Part shown: in pieces, positions 12,367 to 24,994 of the stretch | Layout: every line of letters begins with the position of its first letter | Numbering within the stretch: the first letter of the stretch is position 1 | Source of the DNA: Hydrolagus affinis | Lineage: Eukaryota | Direction: 5' to 3' | Assembly: GCA_012026655.1 (NCBI GenBank) | Contig: JAAILG010000141.1 | Location: 1-64,000, forward strand | DNA length: 64,000 nucleotides | Translations under genes and position numbers: made by a program | The notes under the pieces: generated by a model | Seen by the model: the letters and a program-made list of their open reading frames with translations, nothing else | What the model was told of the DNA's origin: nothing | Databases searched by the model: none

Positions 12367-13100
12367 ATGTTGCAACAAAAACAAAGTCATTAATTGTGTT
12401 ATTTGTTCATTGTCTTCAGAATAGGAAATGATAAATAAACCACCCACAGCACAGCTTTGAAGAAAGAGGAAACCTCCCTGGTATGTCCCTGGGGAACAAA
12501 TACCCAGGTGAGCTATGTGCAATTTCTGACACTTGCTGCCTTGCTCAGCTGGACATGCACACTAAAAAAGATTTACAAGTGAATCCTAGTGTTTGCAATA
12601 GAAAGGAGTGTGCAAAGAAAAGTATATTGTCAAATTTACATGCAGTACTGCAACCCTATACTATGCAAAGAATAAATATTGGGAATAATTTGTAGGTTTT
12701 GCAGCACGTCCCAATTGTGTTCATATAAGGATCTTATATATGTGGGTTCAACTTGGTTTACAAGTAAGCTTTGAATTCATGCCAACAATTCTAATATTGC
12801 TTGAGTTCCCCTAAGAGTCTAGGAAAGTGAATGGAATGGTACCTGACCTCTGTGTTAACTATCCTGTAATTTATCTTTTGAACCGTTTCCAAGTTATTCA
12901 GTTGTAAACACCGTAACTGCAATTTGCATGAATTCTTGATGAAAACATTTTTCTTAAATACATTTAGGGTTTTTAACAATGAATTGAATATTGTATGACT
13001 GCTATTCATTATTTATATTTTATGTACAAAAAAAATTATTTATACAAACATCTTTGTATATTACAAAACAATTAATAAACATCCTTAGAGTTCCCATTGT

Positions 13101-13152
13101 AACAACAACCAATCGCATTTGTATAGTGCCTTTCTCACATCGCAAAGGTGTT
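13101..13152 (-). mobile_element. L2-type 3' tail fragment
   Basis: aacaacaaccaatcgcatttgtatagtgcctttc. Confidence 0.5.
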
Positions 13153-13279
13153 GGGAGCGTAATTTTAATTTCTCTTATTGCCCTAAAAATATTTGCTTCC
13201 ATTGTCATTCCATGGCTTTGCTGAAGGTATTTGCTCCTTTTTTTTCTTTCCAGGTACTATTGCTCTCCATTATCTCATA

Positions 13280-13800
13280 TATAGTTGGTGCTACTCTAGA
13301 CTTTAGTCAGAAGGCTGTAGTTTGAAGCTCTATTTTGGAACTTGGACCTCATATCCTTCAGCTTGACAGTCCAATGCGGTGCCGGGGATGTGCTGCATTA
13401 CTTTCCATACAATACAAATTCACATTTATATAGCACCTTTCATTTCTGGAGGACATCCAAAGGTGCTTTGTCAGTCCTGACTTAGTTATCGAGCTTGGGG
13501 TGGGAGCCAAGGTGGATTGTTGGAGGTTTTTCAGATAAGAATTGAACCAAGATACTGCCTGTCTATTCAGGTGGATGTTAAAGAACCCCGTGGCCCTATT
13601 CAGAAATAGAGATGAGTTTTCTCCAGTATCCTGGCCAACAATAAAATTGGTCAATCTCTTCAAGGCTTTTCGTGGTACATTATTGAACACAAATTGACTG
13701 CCACATTCGCCCATAGAAATATATAGGGATAGTATTTTATTTAAAAAATCCTGTGAACCACTTTGAGCTGTCCTCCCAACATAGAGATGTAAATGTATGG
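13280..13800 (+). mobile_element. Deu-domain SINE interrupted by an antisense insertion
   Basis: Head (tagtcagaaggctgtagtttgaagc), gtgctgcatt|insert|attgttggagg, Deu core (gtctattcaggtggatgttaaagaacccc) and tail (tgtgaaccactttgag). Confidence 0.75.
13400..13515 (-). mobile_element. 5'-truncated L2-type element nested in the DeuSINE
   Basis: acatttatatagcacctttcatttctggaggacatccaaaggtgc is a reverse tail. Its body resembles the 4763-4879 insert, and the host sequence resumes in register (att...att). Confidence 0.6.
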
Positions 13801-13844
13801 ATTAAATGTATGGCTTATTTTTGTTATTAAATGCATGAGCCTTG

Positions 13845-14070
13845 GGCATTGCGATTATGCCCACCTCTGTTCTCACCCAACATCCACACATTCACACGTC
13901 CAGCAGACATTACTGGCTAGAATTCTCCTTCCTAACCTGTGGTGTTCAGGCCAATTGTACAGGTAGTTCCCCTAAGGCCACCCTAGTTGAGATCAAGTAA
14001 CTCAGCACCGACCCAGCGATCAATCCTCAGTGTGTAGCTCAACAGTTAACCGGTGAGTTTAAACAGTGAG
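13845..14070 (-). mobile_element. LF-SINE-like relic
   Basis: tctcacccaacatccacac...ccagcag...actggctag...aggccaattgta...tgagatcaagtaactcagcaccgacc is the reverse complement of the remembered LF-SINE body. Confidence 0.7.
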
Positions 14071-14410
14071 TAAACTCACTAAGCTATTGAGAAAAGCAGT
14101 TATTTTTATTTTCTCTGTTTCAATTTATTTAAGTGAATACATAGCATTTTTTTATTCGCAAAGGTCTCTAATGTGAGCCTCCTGAGCAAGTACCACAATG
14201 TACCACATGTACCACAAAACTGACCTATTGAAAACTTAATGTACTGTATGTCAATGTCATCTTATCGAACCTTGCTTTTTACTGTTACTTTTTTCCCTTC
14301 CAGGTTTTTACTCTTTGCCTAAAACCAGTAATGCATGCTGCATTGCAATTCCACAGGTACAGGCAGGTCTCTCATACCTTGCTATCACAACTTCCATGCC
14401 ATGATAATAA

Positions 14411-14582
14411 AATTGGACACTCGTTCTATGGCTGTTTGTGGGATATTGCTGAGCGCAAATTGGTTGCAATGTTCACCCACAAAATACACGGTCAATACTT
14501 TACAGTATATCCCGTGAAGCCCTTTGATACGACTCCACAATGTGATAAGATATTATATCAAATGCAAAGATCATTATTATTG
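14411..14582 (+). mobile_element. SINE 3' half (Deu end plus L2 tail)
   Basis: gctgtttgtgggatattgctgagcgcaaattggttgc...tatatcaaatgcaaagatcattattatt. Confidence 0.75.
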
Positions 14583-17500
14583 TAATGATTACTTCATGCA
14601 AATGATTGTGTGTGGATGGGGGTGGGGTGGGAGTTGCGGAGGGCGGTATGGGGGGAGGAGGGGAAGAAGTTGTGACATCAGATGCCTTTCACAACGGATA
14701 CACAATAAATTCCAATTAATGGCCTTGGTTTTGTTTCACAACTGCCAGGCATTGCAGAGCACTGAAAAGCAACAGCAATCACACAATCCCTTACAGACAA
14801 TTAGACTTCAATTTGTTCTGTTAACTAAGATTGCATTCTGGAATCTGGCACCTCATTACTGATCAGCTCTAATGTGGCAACAGAAAGGTGGTAACGGTCT
14901 GTTACCTGGTTTTAAATTACTGCTTATTGCTTTGCAAAATTCAACGTGTAAGAAAAGGGAAAAAATAAATAACACAAGTGCAGCTGGTAACCATTTATTC
15001 CAAAAGTTACTTATCAGAATTCACCAGTTAACCATAATGGCTGGACCACCCAGAGAGTCCTGCCGTGTAAGTGTGTAATTGTACTCTCTATCAGTATCCA
15101 TGCTGAATGATTATAATTTAATGCAGCGCAAGCTGAAATGATCAGTTATCCAAATCATTCAATAATCCGATCAGTGCTTTTTCCCCCTCAACTGTTCAGA
15201 TAAATCATACTTACTTTGGCTTCACCTGACCAGAATAATTCTCACCTTGTTTAAGAAATAATAAGAATAATAGTGATTGCATTTTATATAATGCCTTATT
15301 ACATCGCCTTCACCTCTCTTCAGATAATCCCAATTGTTACACTGAGATTGAATCTCAGAAAGCTGTGGCATATCTTTGGTAGTTTTAAAAGAAATATCCA
15401 ATTCTTTAAAAGCAGAAAAACTCACAAATTATTCAGGGAACGTAATACCTTGAGGAATTGCTAGAACGCTTTGCACTGCACTGAGTTTGGTAAACGTTTG
15501 GGCCAAGTGTGGGAAAATAAAGGGCACAACCTTGATCTGTAAATGATGTGTGCACAACAATTCTCAGAATAAACTCAGTTGTGAAGAGTTCGCTACTGCA
15601 GAAACACTGTTCGTCATCACCGTGGCACATTTAGAATTGGACTAATTCAAGTTCTGTCAGTTGATGCCATTTTGCTGTGTTTTAATGTGTTAACGTACGA
15701 TGAAAAATTGCGTAAAAATACATTATAAACTCAATATTTGTCCTGGGAGGGCAGCCAAGAATATACTTTTTACTGTTCACGTGTAGCATTTAATTGACTG
15801 TAGTGAGGGTTAGATTTACAGCGAAACCAGTTGGAGAGGGGAATTACAGGCACAGAGGGACAACAAATAACATTTACCATTTAAGATTGGTAAAGGAGTC
15901 CAGGTCTGAGCCACACAAGTACAGGGAGGTAAGGATGTGTTACAATGAGACCAGTTGTAGGGCATTGGTTTCAGCTGAAATGTATAGATACCAAGTGAAA
16001 ACTTGAGAAACCTGAACACAGACACAGTTGGGAAAATAAAGAACTGTAATATCTTCTCCCATGACATGTAATTTGCGTGATTATCTTTTAAGACATTTGT
16101 AAGATTAGTTGTCGGAAGAATTGAAAGAGTATGAGTGCATTTTGTTACTCTGTTGTACATCACACAGCGAGACAGTCATCCGTCATTTTCCAAACAGGAA
16201 AATGGGACCTGGCAGAAAGAGCATTGTTTTTGCATACATTAGGAGTCATCCCTTTAAACAAATATAATCCAGGCAGTTTGTTTTACTAAGACAAGGCAGC
16301 AACACTACTGCCACTGGCCAGTGGTTTGTCTTGTCTTAATCCAAAAGAGGATTAATCATTGGGATTTTGGAAAAAAAATGTATGTTTTGGGTCAAAGTGC
16401 TTGTTGCCTTTTGGGATATGCATTACATTACTGTCATTTTGGGGGTTTGTGATGTTAATCAAAACCAACACCATAAACCATCAGTTACCTAATTTGTGTA
16501 TTATTGCCGATGTTATCATTAATTATGCGTTTGTGAGGAAAAAGAGGATTAATGAGATGTCACAGGTAATTTATACTGATCAGAGTCCTGAGGACATTAA
16601 GGAAATAGTAGTCACTGTAGTGTTGTTATGCCCACTTCTCAGCCTTGTCGAAGGACCTTGTAGCCAAACTTAATCAGTTATATCCCACAAGTATTCAGAA
16701 TAGAGTTCTTCCGCTGAGATGCACAGAATTTAAGGGTAGGAAGTTTAGGTAGTTCATATTGGCTGCAGTGATCATCAATAAAAACTTGGTTAAAAAGATT
16801 ATCTATTTTGTCCCTGTTTTAATCCTTATAGTGCCGATGCCCCATCACAATTTGATTTGGTTAAACGTAATATGTACATTTTTCATTTGAGTAAAGGCCT
16901 GAATTTTTGTTGTTGTTGCTTTACTGCCTCCAGTCATTACTTCATTAAATGTACTGGCTTGCACTGTATATCATTTCACATCATTTTACTCAATAACTGT
17001 TATGTACATAGTAGTCAAGCTACTAATAAGGAAACAGTGCTACAGTTCTGACCCACAATCCAACCCCATTATTCATAAGTAAAATTTGCTCGGTAGAGAA
17101 GATTACTGTCAAATCAAGACAGAAAGTGACACAATTTGTGCAAACTGTGTCAGGTTAAAAAGGCTGCTGGATTAATAAAAAAGACATCAACAGTCCTAAT
17201 CCTTTGGGATGACATTGGTGAAAAGTAAAGAAGGGAGAGTCTAGTCTCTGAATATAGATAGAAAATACACATTGTACTACACAAGATAATGACACAGATC
17301 TTTTGAAGATAAGCTTTGATAAATGTAAGAGTATTGCCTGGAATCCACCTTGATTGGCTTGCAGTGAGGTAAGCGGCTGCTGCTTAAACTCCTCAAATCC
17401 AACAGTGGAACCGTTGCTCAGTAGGAAAGGACGTGTGTCTGAGCTGCGGACAGTTAGATGGTGACAATGCTCTCACACAGTTCATGCTGAGCTGTGTTGC

Positions 17501-18952
17501 CCACCAGGAGGTAAGCTAGGTCTCCGTACAGTTGAACTTACTCCAAGGTGACATGCAACAGAATGTTGGAATTGAGCCAGCCCCTTATGGCAGGTTTGCA
17601 AGTCCACTTCCTGAGCCAGGTGGGTCTGCAGTATTCCAGGGCACCATGGATGACAGCGCAGCTAGCCTGGCTCATTCACAAGACTTGGAAGGGCAGACCA
17701 GTTACTGAGTCATCCCATTCAGCTTCCATTAACCCTGCAAGTCAAAGCCCTAATGGGGAGGGTGGTCCTAGCTGGACAAACAGTGGGAAAATTTACAAGG
17801 TAGCATCCCAATGCACACTGTGGGGTCCCCTAGCCTTGACTCTTGCCGAGTTGCACCTAATACCTTCTAAGCAGGTTGGGTTCCCTACAGGAATAGAACA
17901 CATATTCCATTCCAAAGAATATCTTTTGGAGTTCCTATGTATAGGTGGATGGGATGCATGGAACTCTCGGAGACTGTTAAGCACGGTGATGGATATCTGC
18001 ATGTTTCAGACACCCGGCTGGCCAAAAAAAAAAAACATTTTTAGTTGATTGCCATTTCAGTAGGTATTTAGAGAATGCAGTGATCACAAGACAGGCATCT
18101 CATTGAGGGGTTCACTTGACGCCAGAAACCACAAGACTGAAGCTCAAGTAATTCATAAACATCATCTGAACCACTAAGATTAGATTACAGCCTTCAAATC
18201 ACTCTTCAGTATCTGCTGTGATTTATAGCATCCACTGTTTAAATGTTATATTTCGGGAGTTAGTTTTGTGTTGGCAACTGTACCAGCCCTGACTCTCTCT
18301 CTTTCTCTCTGAATTTGATGCATGATGAGATTATCATAAAATGATTAATGTTTATGATTTCATTTGACTGTGTTTATCAAGAAATAATCTCCTGTTGAAG
18401 AACCTAGGTCCCATCTATAGTGCATTGAAATAAATGATTTGAAAGTGCTGAGGCTACAATAAAGTAAAACTAATAAACAAATAACTGATGAGTTTATGTG
18501 ACAGAAGTTGAGTTCTCCATTTAAATAAAGTAGGTTTTATGTACATGACAGACTCATCAAAATATTACTCGCAAAATTATTTGCAACAGATATACATTTC
18601 TTAGCTTCAGATTAAATTGTTATAGTTTGCAAATGCAATGGAATTTATAAAACAGTCCTGGGGGTACAAAGTTATTTGCTGCTAAAGAAGATAGTTCTAT
18701 TCGAAAGACTGGGAATTTGAATTATTTATGTGAATAAACACAGACAGTACATGAACATGTTATATTCTGCCACAGTAGGCAGGTAAACAATCAAATGGTT
18801 ATTCCTAAAATTCTTTCATGGAAAATTTGTAGCATTGAATTAGTATTTTATTTTTGAAAGGGCATTCAATTAAAAAAAGCTCCATTGAAATCAGTGCAAA
18901 ATAAATTTCATTTCAATTGCCTTTTTTTAACAATATTTTTCTGAAATAGTTT

Positions 18953-19085
18953 CAATAATAATCCTTGCATTTGATGAAGCACCTCAGCATATTGAAACGT
19001 CTCAAGGATGTTCACAAAGGATGTTCTTTCTACAAAGTGTAGTGACTGTGCATTGCAGCCAAGCTAATTTAAATGTCCATAGAAA
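18953..19085 (-). mobile_element. SINE 3' tail fragment
   Basis: aataataatccttgcatttgat...acgtctcaagg...caaagtgtagtgactgt. Confidence 0.65.
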
Positions 19086-19991
19086 CGTGATACAAAAATT
19101 CTCAACAAAAATGTATCGAACAAGTTACAGGTACTTGAAAATCAAAATAATGGAATTAAATTTCAATGAGTCTCTGTGTCAAAATAAGTGGGCAAAAAGA
19201 AAGAGTTAAGAATAGTTACCGATGGGGATTTTTAAGGCCTGTTGAAATTGTTCCACGTGTTACAAATTAAATCCGGAATTGTGCATATTTGTCAGACATA
19301 ATCTGTGCATATATTATTTGGGTTTCCAAAAAAACAAATGATGCAATCCCATAAAGAGTTGTTGTAGGACATATATAGACCTTTTCATATAATTATTCTT
19401 TGAGACAATGCTTTCGACAAGCCTGTTCCTGCTGTTGTTAAATTGAATTGCTCAGAAAACGTGCTGAAAGACTTCAAAGCAAAGCTCTGTATAGCACAAA
19501 AATAATAGTTTTGACTTCAAAATCTTAAAAATATTGTAGAGTTTACTGCAGTATATGTTCAGTGGGGATAATTTTATCAAACCCGGGCATATTTATTCTT
19601 TCTAGAGGAAATGACAAGGCAGAAACATGAGTCTTTTTTCTTTACAGTTGCAATAAAAACGGATTTGACAGACAAAGTCTGAAATTGGTAACATTAGTCT
19701 AAACGTCAGTAGCTATTAATGGACACTGTGGCTTGCTTCAGCTTCTTTCATTAGGACAGTTAATCTGTGGCTGCGTGAACGTCCCGATACTTGCGGTTGT
19801 CTATAGTTTAATGGTTTCTTTTTTAGTGGCAAAAATGCAATGCATCACCAATTGATGATCAAGAAGGAAGGCTTTGTGCTGGAATGCTGCCTGAACCAGC
19901 ATCCTGTTCATATGCCGCTAGCGCTAAGGTTTCACAAGTTTGCATCTGTGTGTATTTGAGTTGCACTTTTTTTTCTCTCTCTCTTTGTTAG

Positions 19992-20110
19992 GCGATTGAT
20001 TCTGACTTATAGTTTGATTGAAAAGTCTCGTGAATCATTTGGACCGTGACATTCTTCACGGTGGTTTCTAGTTTCTATCTTCCGGGTGTATGTAAATAAC
20101 CCAGTCAGTC
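19992..20110 (+). other. Candidate non-coding (UTR/lncRNA) exon
   Basis: Long pyrimidine tract ttttttttctctctctctttgttag before 19992 and GTC|GTAAGT donor after 20110. The 119 nt have stops in all three frames. Confidence 0.3.
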
Positions 20111-20489
20111 GTAAGTGTAGACTGTCGGCAGTTTTGACAAATAAACTTGAAGTATTCTGACAAAAAAATCTATTGCTGCTCTGTAAAGGAGTCAGGATGA
20201 AATATAACCTGCTGGTAGAAAAAAAGTATTAAATAAAACATTGGCCGAGAGCTGTTTTTGCAACACTTTTCTTTCACCGTCGAAGCTGAGATTTAATTGT
20301 CTGAGTTAGGCTAACGGCATCGCAAAATGAAAATATTTCTTACAATATTAATGCTGAAATGTGCTATTTTGAGATTTACAAGAAACATTGTATTCTGAGC
20401 CTGACAGACAGATTCCATTAGGTGTATTTTCAAGCAGTTATTAAAGAAGCAATTAAAATTGTCATTGACTCTTCCAGTCATATGTGAAG

Positions 20490-20720
20490 CTATTATCAAC
20501 AAAACGAATCAAGTAAAGGGTGGCATCTCGAGTACGTATGACTGCAAGTTGAAAGAGGTCATTTTAACCTGGTGTGAAGTGCTGCTGAGGCCAGATTGGA
20601 ATAGTTTCCTAAACTTCAGAAGATTTGGGAAGCATTCAGAGAAAAATGACAAGCTTGATTCCAGATCTTAAGTTCGACACTTTAAAGAGATAAACAAATT
20701 CTCATTAGAAATAAAGGAAA
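20490..20720 (+). mobile_element. CR1 ORF2 fragment, highly decayed
   Basis: ORF track INKTNQVKGGISS...KLKEVILTWCEVLLRPDW resembles CR1 KANxMLGxI...KSKEVILxLYxxLVRPxLEY. Confidence 0.6.
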
Positions 20721-21099
20721 GGGGGCATGCTTCAGACCTTCAGAGTGGCGAAGGGCAAAAATTGTGTAAATGTAAGCAAAACAGTTGATTTAAACTCAGA
20801 GTACAACTGCTGCACAGGGCAAAGGATCAAAGTGTGAAAGCTTCAAGCATGAGTGAAGACAAGAAAATAGTTTTACTCTTGAGTGGTGAATGTGGGACAG
20901 ACTTGGAACATCAGCAATTATTTTTGCATTAATTAATTCCGTGACAAAAAAATGACTGGGGAAGAATCTGTTTAATAGCAGAATTGTAAGATACAGTATC
21001 AGGATAGGTACAAACTGAAATAATCAAATACTCCAGGGAACACAATGATTTCTGGGTCACTGGAGTTGGACAGATGAATGTTCATGCCTTTTTGCATGA

Positions 21100-21290
21100 T
21101 AATAATAATCCTTAACATTTGATATTGTGCTTTTCACACTGTGAGGATGTCTCAAAGGGCTGTGCAGGACATTTGGTAAAGTGGAGTGACTGTACTTTTT
21201 TTTGTCTCAAAAAACCAGCCATGAAATGAATGGCCAGGGCACCAGGAGAAACTCCCTTCTCTTTTCAATGGTGCCATACCATCTACCTGA
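21100..21290 (-). mobile_element. Deu-domain SINE fragment
   Basis: aataataatccttaacatttgata...gatgtctcaaag...ggccagggcaccaggagaaactcccttctcttttcaatggtgccat. Confidence 0.65.
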
Positions 21291-24200
21291 CTATGGAGAT
21301 GGGGCTTTGGGGATCAGGGGAGTAGCCATGCATAGGAGGGGTGGAGATAAAGTCCACAGTACGGTAAGCTTGTGATGGCCTCTTCTTTGTGCTTTTGATT
21401 CTGTTTCATTGTAATATTTCTGGTAAACATGTTGTAACAGGAATATTCTTCTTCTTGCTTTCGGGGGAAGGCTGCTCATTTTAAACATGTGTCCAATTGC
21501 TTTGCTGAACACAAATCTACAAGCTGAAAGACATTGCCATTTGTTATGATTTCTGTGCGGTTTGCGTACCAGCATAATAAATACCCAACTACTTTCCTCA
21601 AAGATTTAGTGAGGAATGCAAGAGTAATGATTAACAGCAGCTTTCTTCAGGATGGTTCTCCCCAGTCCCTTATAGCCTGCTCATTATAGATTCCTGCTGT
21701 GGGCTCAAATGTATTTCCAGATTTTCACCATACTAAAGGTTAAGCAGGTGTCTGCTTATAGTGGCCGCCTGCCTATTATAATCACCTGATTGCAGCCTGG
21801 TCAATTTGGTTAATTGCAATTTTGGACCAACTTTTCAACATGTCAATTGGACTTGACTACCATGATGTCTTGTTGCCGTTCACCTGTTTCCCTGGTGCAA
21901 GTTCTAATATTGCTTGTGCTGTTTAAAATAATATGGTTGCTCAGTGGAATTTCTTAATGCTTAAATCATTTTTCCTTCAAACATAGAGTAAGTGCCTTTC
22001 TTTTGTTTATTTGAACTTAGATAAATAAACAGATAAGTTTGCTTACTTTAGAGAGTTGAGCCCTTTCAGTTTTCACTGAGCTGACACTGTAAGTAGGTTG
22101 AGCTAGAGGAATTAAAGGTGATGTTCATGTTAAGTATAATTCAGAACTTTTGATTTTATTTTGAATCAAATGTTTTCAGCTTAATGTTTTATGTTTTAAT
22201 GGTAACTTAAGTGTGTTGCAAGAGTGATTCTCATCAGTATAGAGGGAAAGCTGTAAATAGTCGAAGTACTGTATTGCAAATTTGATTCAGAACAAATGGC
22301 AAGATATTAATGTGATCATTTTTAAGTCAAATGCTTGCTTGTGTTTTTTAAATAAATTCCCCATGAAGCAATTATTGAACACTGCAATGATAAAAGTGAG
22401 GGGTAACTAGAAATGTGTTATGTGGAGTGGAGGGACGTTTATCCAATTGGTATGATGTTAAATCTGAGTCCTAATGCATACTAAAAATGGGGCATTACAA
22501 ACTGTCCAGTGAGGTAAGGGCAATTCTCAATTTCAAGGCATAATGAGGAGATTTAAGTGATGACTATTCACGTTGTGTGACAAATTCTCACTTGGGTTGT
22601 GTTTTATTTCATGCTTTGCTATAGTCGCAGAGAAAGGAGTTTGCAGCCAGAACCATTGCTGTTTTCCCCTCTTTTACCCATTTGAGCACTCTTCTCTAAT
22701 TGCAGTAATTCTTTTTAATTTTTAACAGAAGTTTGGAAGTCATTGTAAACAACACTAAAGGTTAGTTATTCCACTCAACAGAACATAAAGGAAATCATGT
22801 GAAAGAAATTACTGAGCAATTTGATAATGACCATTGGTCAGCTGTTCTTCATTTTGTTTCACTTTACCACATTGCTTTATGAGTCTTGGGGTCTTGGTAT
22901 TGATGAGAGAGCATTGTTACAGTCGTAGTTGTGCTGAACCTTTTTTGGGGGGTGTGGGGCGGGCAAGAGTTGCGCATGGAATCTTGGCAATGGTAACAAG
23001 GCAATAGTTTCTTTAAATAAAACTGTATTTTTTAAAAATGTGACCACTGTTTAAAAATTCAGTTGAAGGCCTAAAACTACTGTTGATCCTGCACATCAAA
23101 ACCTGTGTCCCACTAGTAAGCAAACGTGTTGGTTTGTTAAAGTGTCTACACACTGTCATCGCCTCAGCTTTATAAACCACAGATCTCAAACCCTTGATAA
23201 AGTCCCAAACATAATAAACGACTGTTTTTTTTTAACGTTTATCAGATGGGCAGTTAAAGCACTGTAAGATTTGATTAACTGATTGTCGCTCAGTGAAAAA
23301 GCAGAGACCGTGAGGCGGAATTATCTGTGGATTGTACTTTGGTGACTGGAATCCAGCAAATGCTGGCAATGCAGAACGTTTTAAGGCTATTTCATCTGTC
23401 TCACTTCACATCTGGACATACCCCACCTTATCCCTGCAGAGGAAGCGGACCCATGTGTATTCAACCAAGGTTGTATAAGGTCAGGAACCAAACACATTGA
23501 GTGGAATAATCAGATTATTCCACACCCTTTAAGTTTTGAGTGTTAAATATAAGAAAATGCTAAATTTGAAAATCCATGTGGAAATGCAGATTTGGGCAAA
23601 TCTTTTCTCTAAAGGCCATCGTGTTTATTTTTAATGTTGTGTATCCAGGAACATGGACAGATAGGGGAGTTCAGCTAGAAACTCAGATGGATAACTCTTG
23701 TCTGCCACAATGAGACAACTTATCTTTTATATTGATGACAACATTTCCATCACGGGCGTGGACTATCATGAAATACTGTATGCATAAATGGAGCAGATAA
23801 GGAGTATGATATATGACAAACATGAGTAATGATGAAGCGCATACCAAAGATTGCTGCTGTCAATCATAATTATCACTCAAGGTTGCAAAGCAGAAGATGT
23901 ACCAGCAGTGCTGTGTATTGCTCGAGACTGCTTCAAAGTATTACCACCAAAACTCCCTGTTTGTGCTGAGACCACCAATCTGATCTCAGTGACCGGTGGG
24001 GCAGCCCTTGAGCAGATGAAATGCTTGCATTAAACCATTCGAAAAGTTCGGTAGTAATTTTACACTGCAAATTTATCATTTTTGCAGATGGTCGACAAAG
24101 TATGATTTGTGTATTTTGAAAGCTGCAAAGTACGTTTTGTGCTTGTAAACTGGAAGCTGGTGCCTCTCAACCAATCTGACATGTGTGCAAGAGCTTAAAC

Positions 24201-24994
24201 AATTAAATCATTTTTCGATTTTTTTAAAAGAAAAAGTAGTTACAATTTTTGAAGCAATTTTGGCTGTCTCCTGTTATCGTTCCAAAAAATCACTGTCTCT
24301 TGTCAAAAGGTTTTCCTGTTTACATATTCAGTATTTTGGCAGGAGGTAATGATTCTGAGATGTTACAGGCAATTCGTCCCAAATGTGCGTGAAGATCCAC
24401 AGTATGCCGTGACTTTATGTGAGATGATTAAAATCTTACGATGGAGCTTTTGAACTTGCCCTATTTATTTAACTTTGCTAAAAGCAATGTAATGGTAGAG
24501 ACAGATGGATACTCTGGTGAAAAACACCTGTGCATCTAAAGTCCACAGAGTTGAAAACCATCACTAAACCTAAAGAAAGCAAGATATGTAAAGTAACTCA
24601 GCCATGATCCTCCTTAGTCACAGGTGATGACAAACAGCAGCTGTTCAGAATTTGCAGAAAGCTACATCTAATGTATTTCATAATAAAACTGTAATGTTGG
24701 TTCAAGCTCAGTGTGAGACCACTTCAGAGAACTGTTAATTTTTGCTCTGTGAATTAGCTACTGCTGTTATGCGAAACTCCAGCATTCGGTTTCATTACAA
24801 TAGGGCTGTGTGGTGTATTATGCACTGACTGTATCTGAATTTTGCTGATTAAGGAGAGCTGAATTTGCACACACCAATCACAAGCACAGAATCTTCATTG
24901 TGCATTGAATTTGGGAAGAGATGGAAAGTTTTAAGATAGAAAATTACCCCAGGATACTTTTCCAGGAGCTTCTATCCATCCAGAAGAATACCAC

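Noticed and set aside
3085-14310. Recursive splice sites (poly-Y AG|GT at about 3100, 13253, 14303)
   Set aside because: The regenerated donors (GTATAA, GTACTA, GTTTTT) are poor matches to GTAAG/GTGAG.
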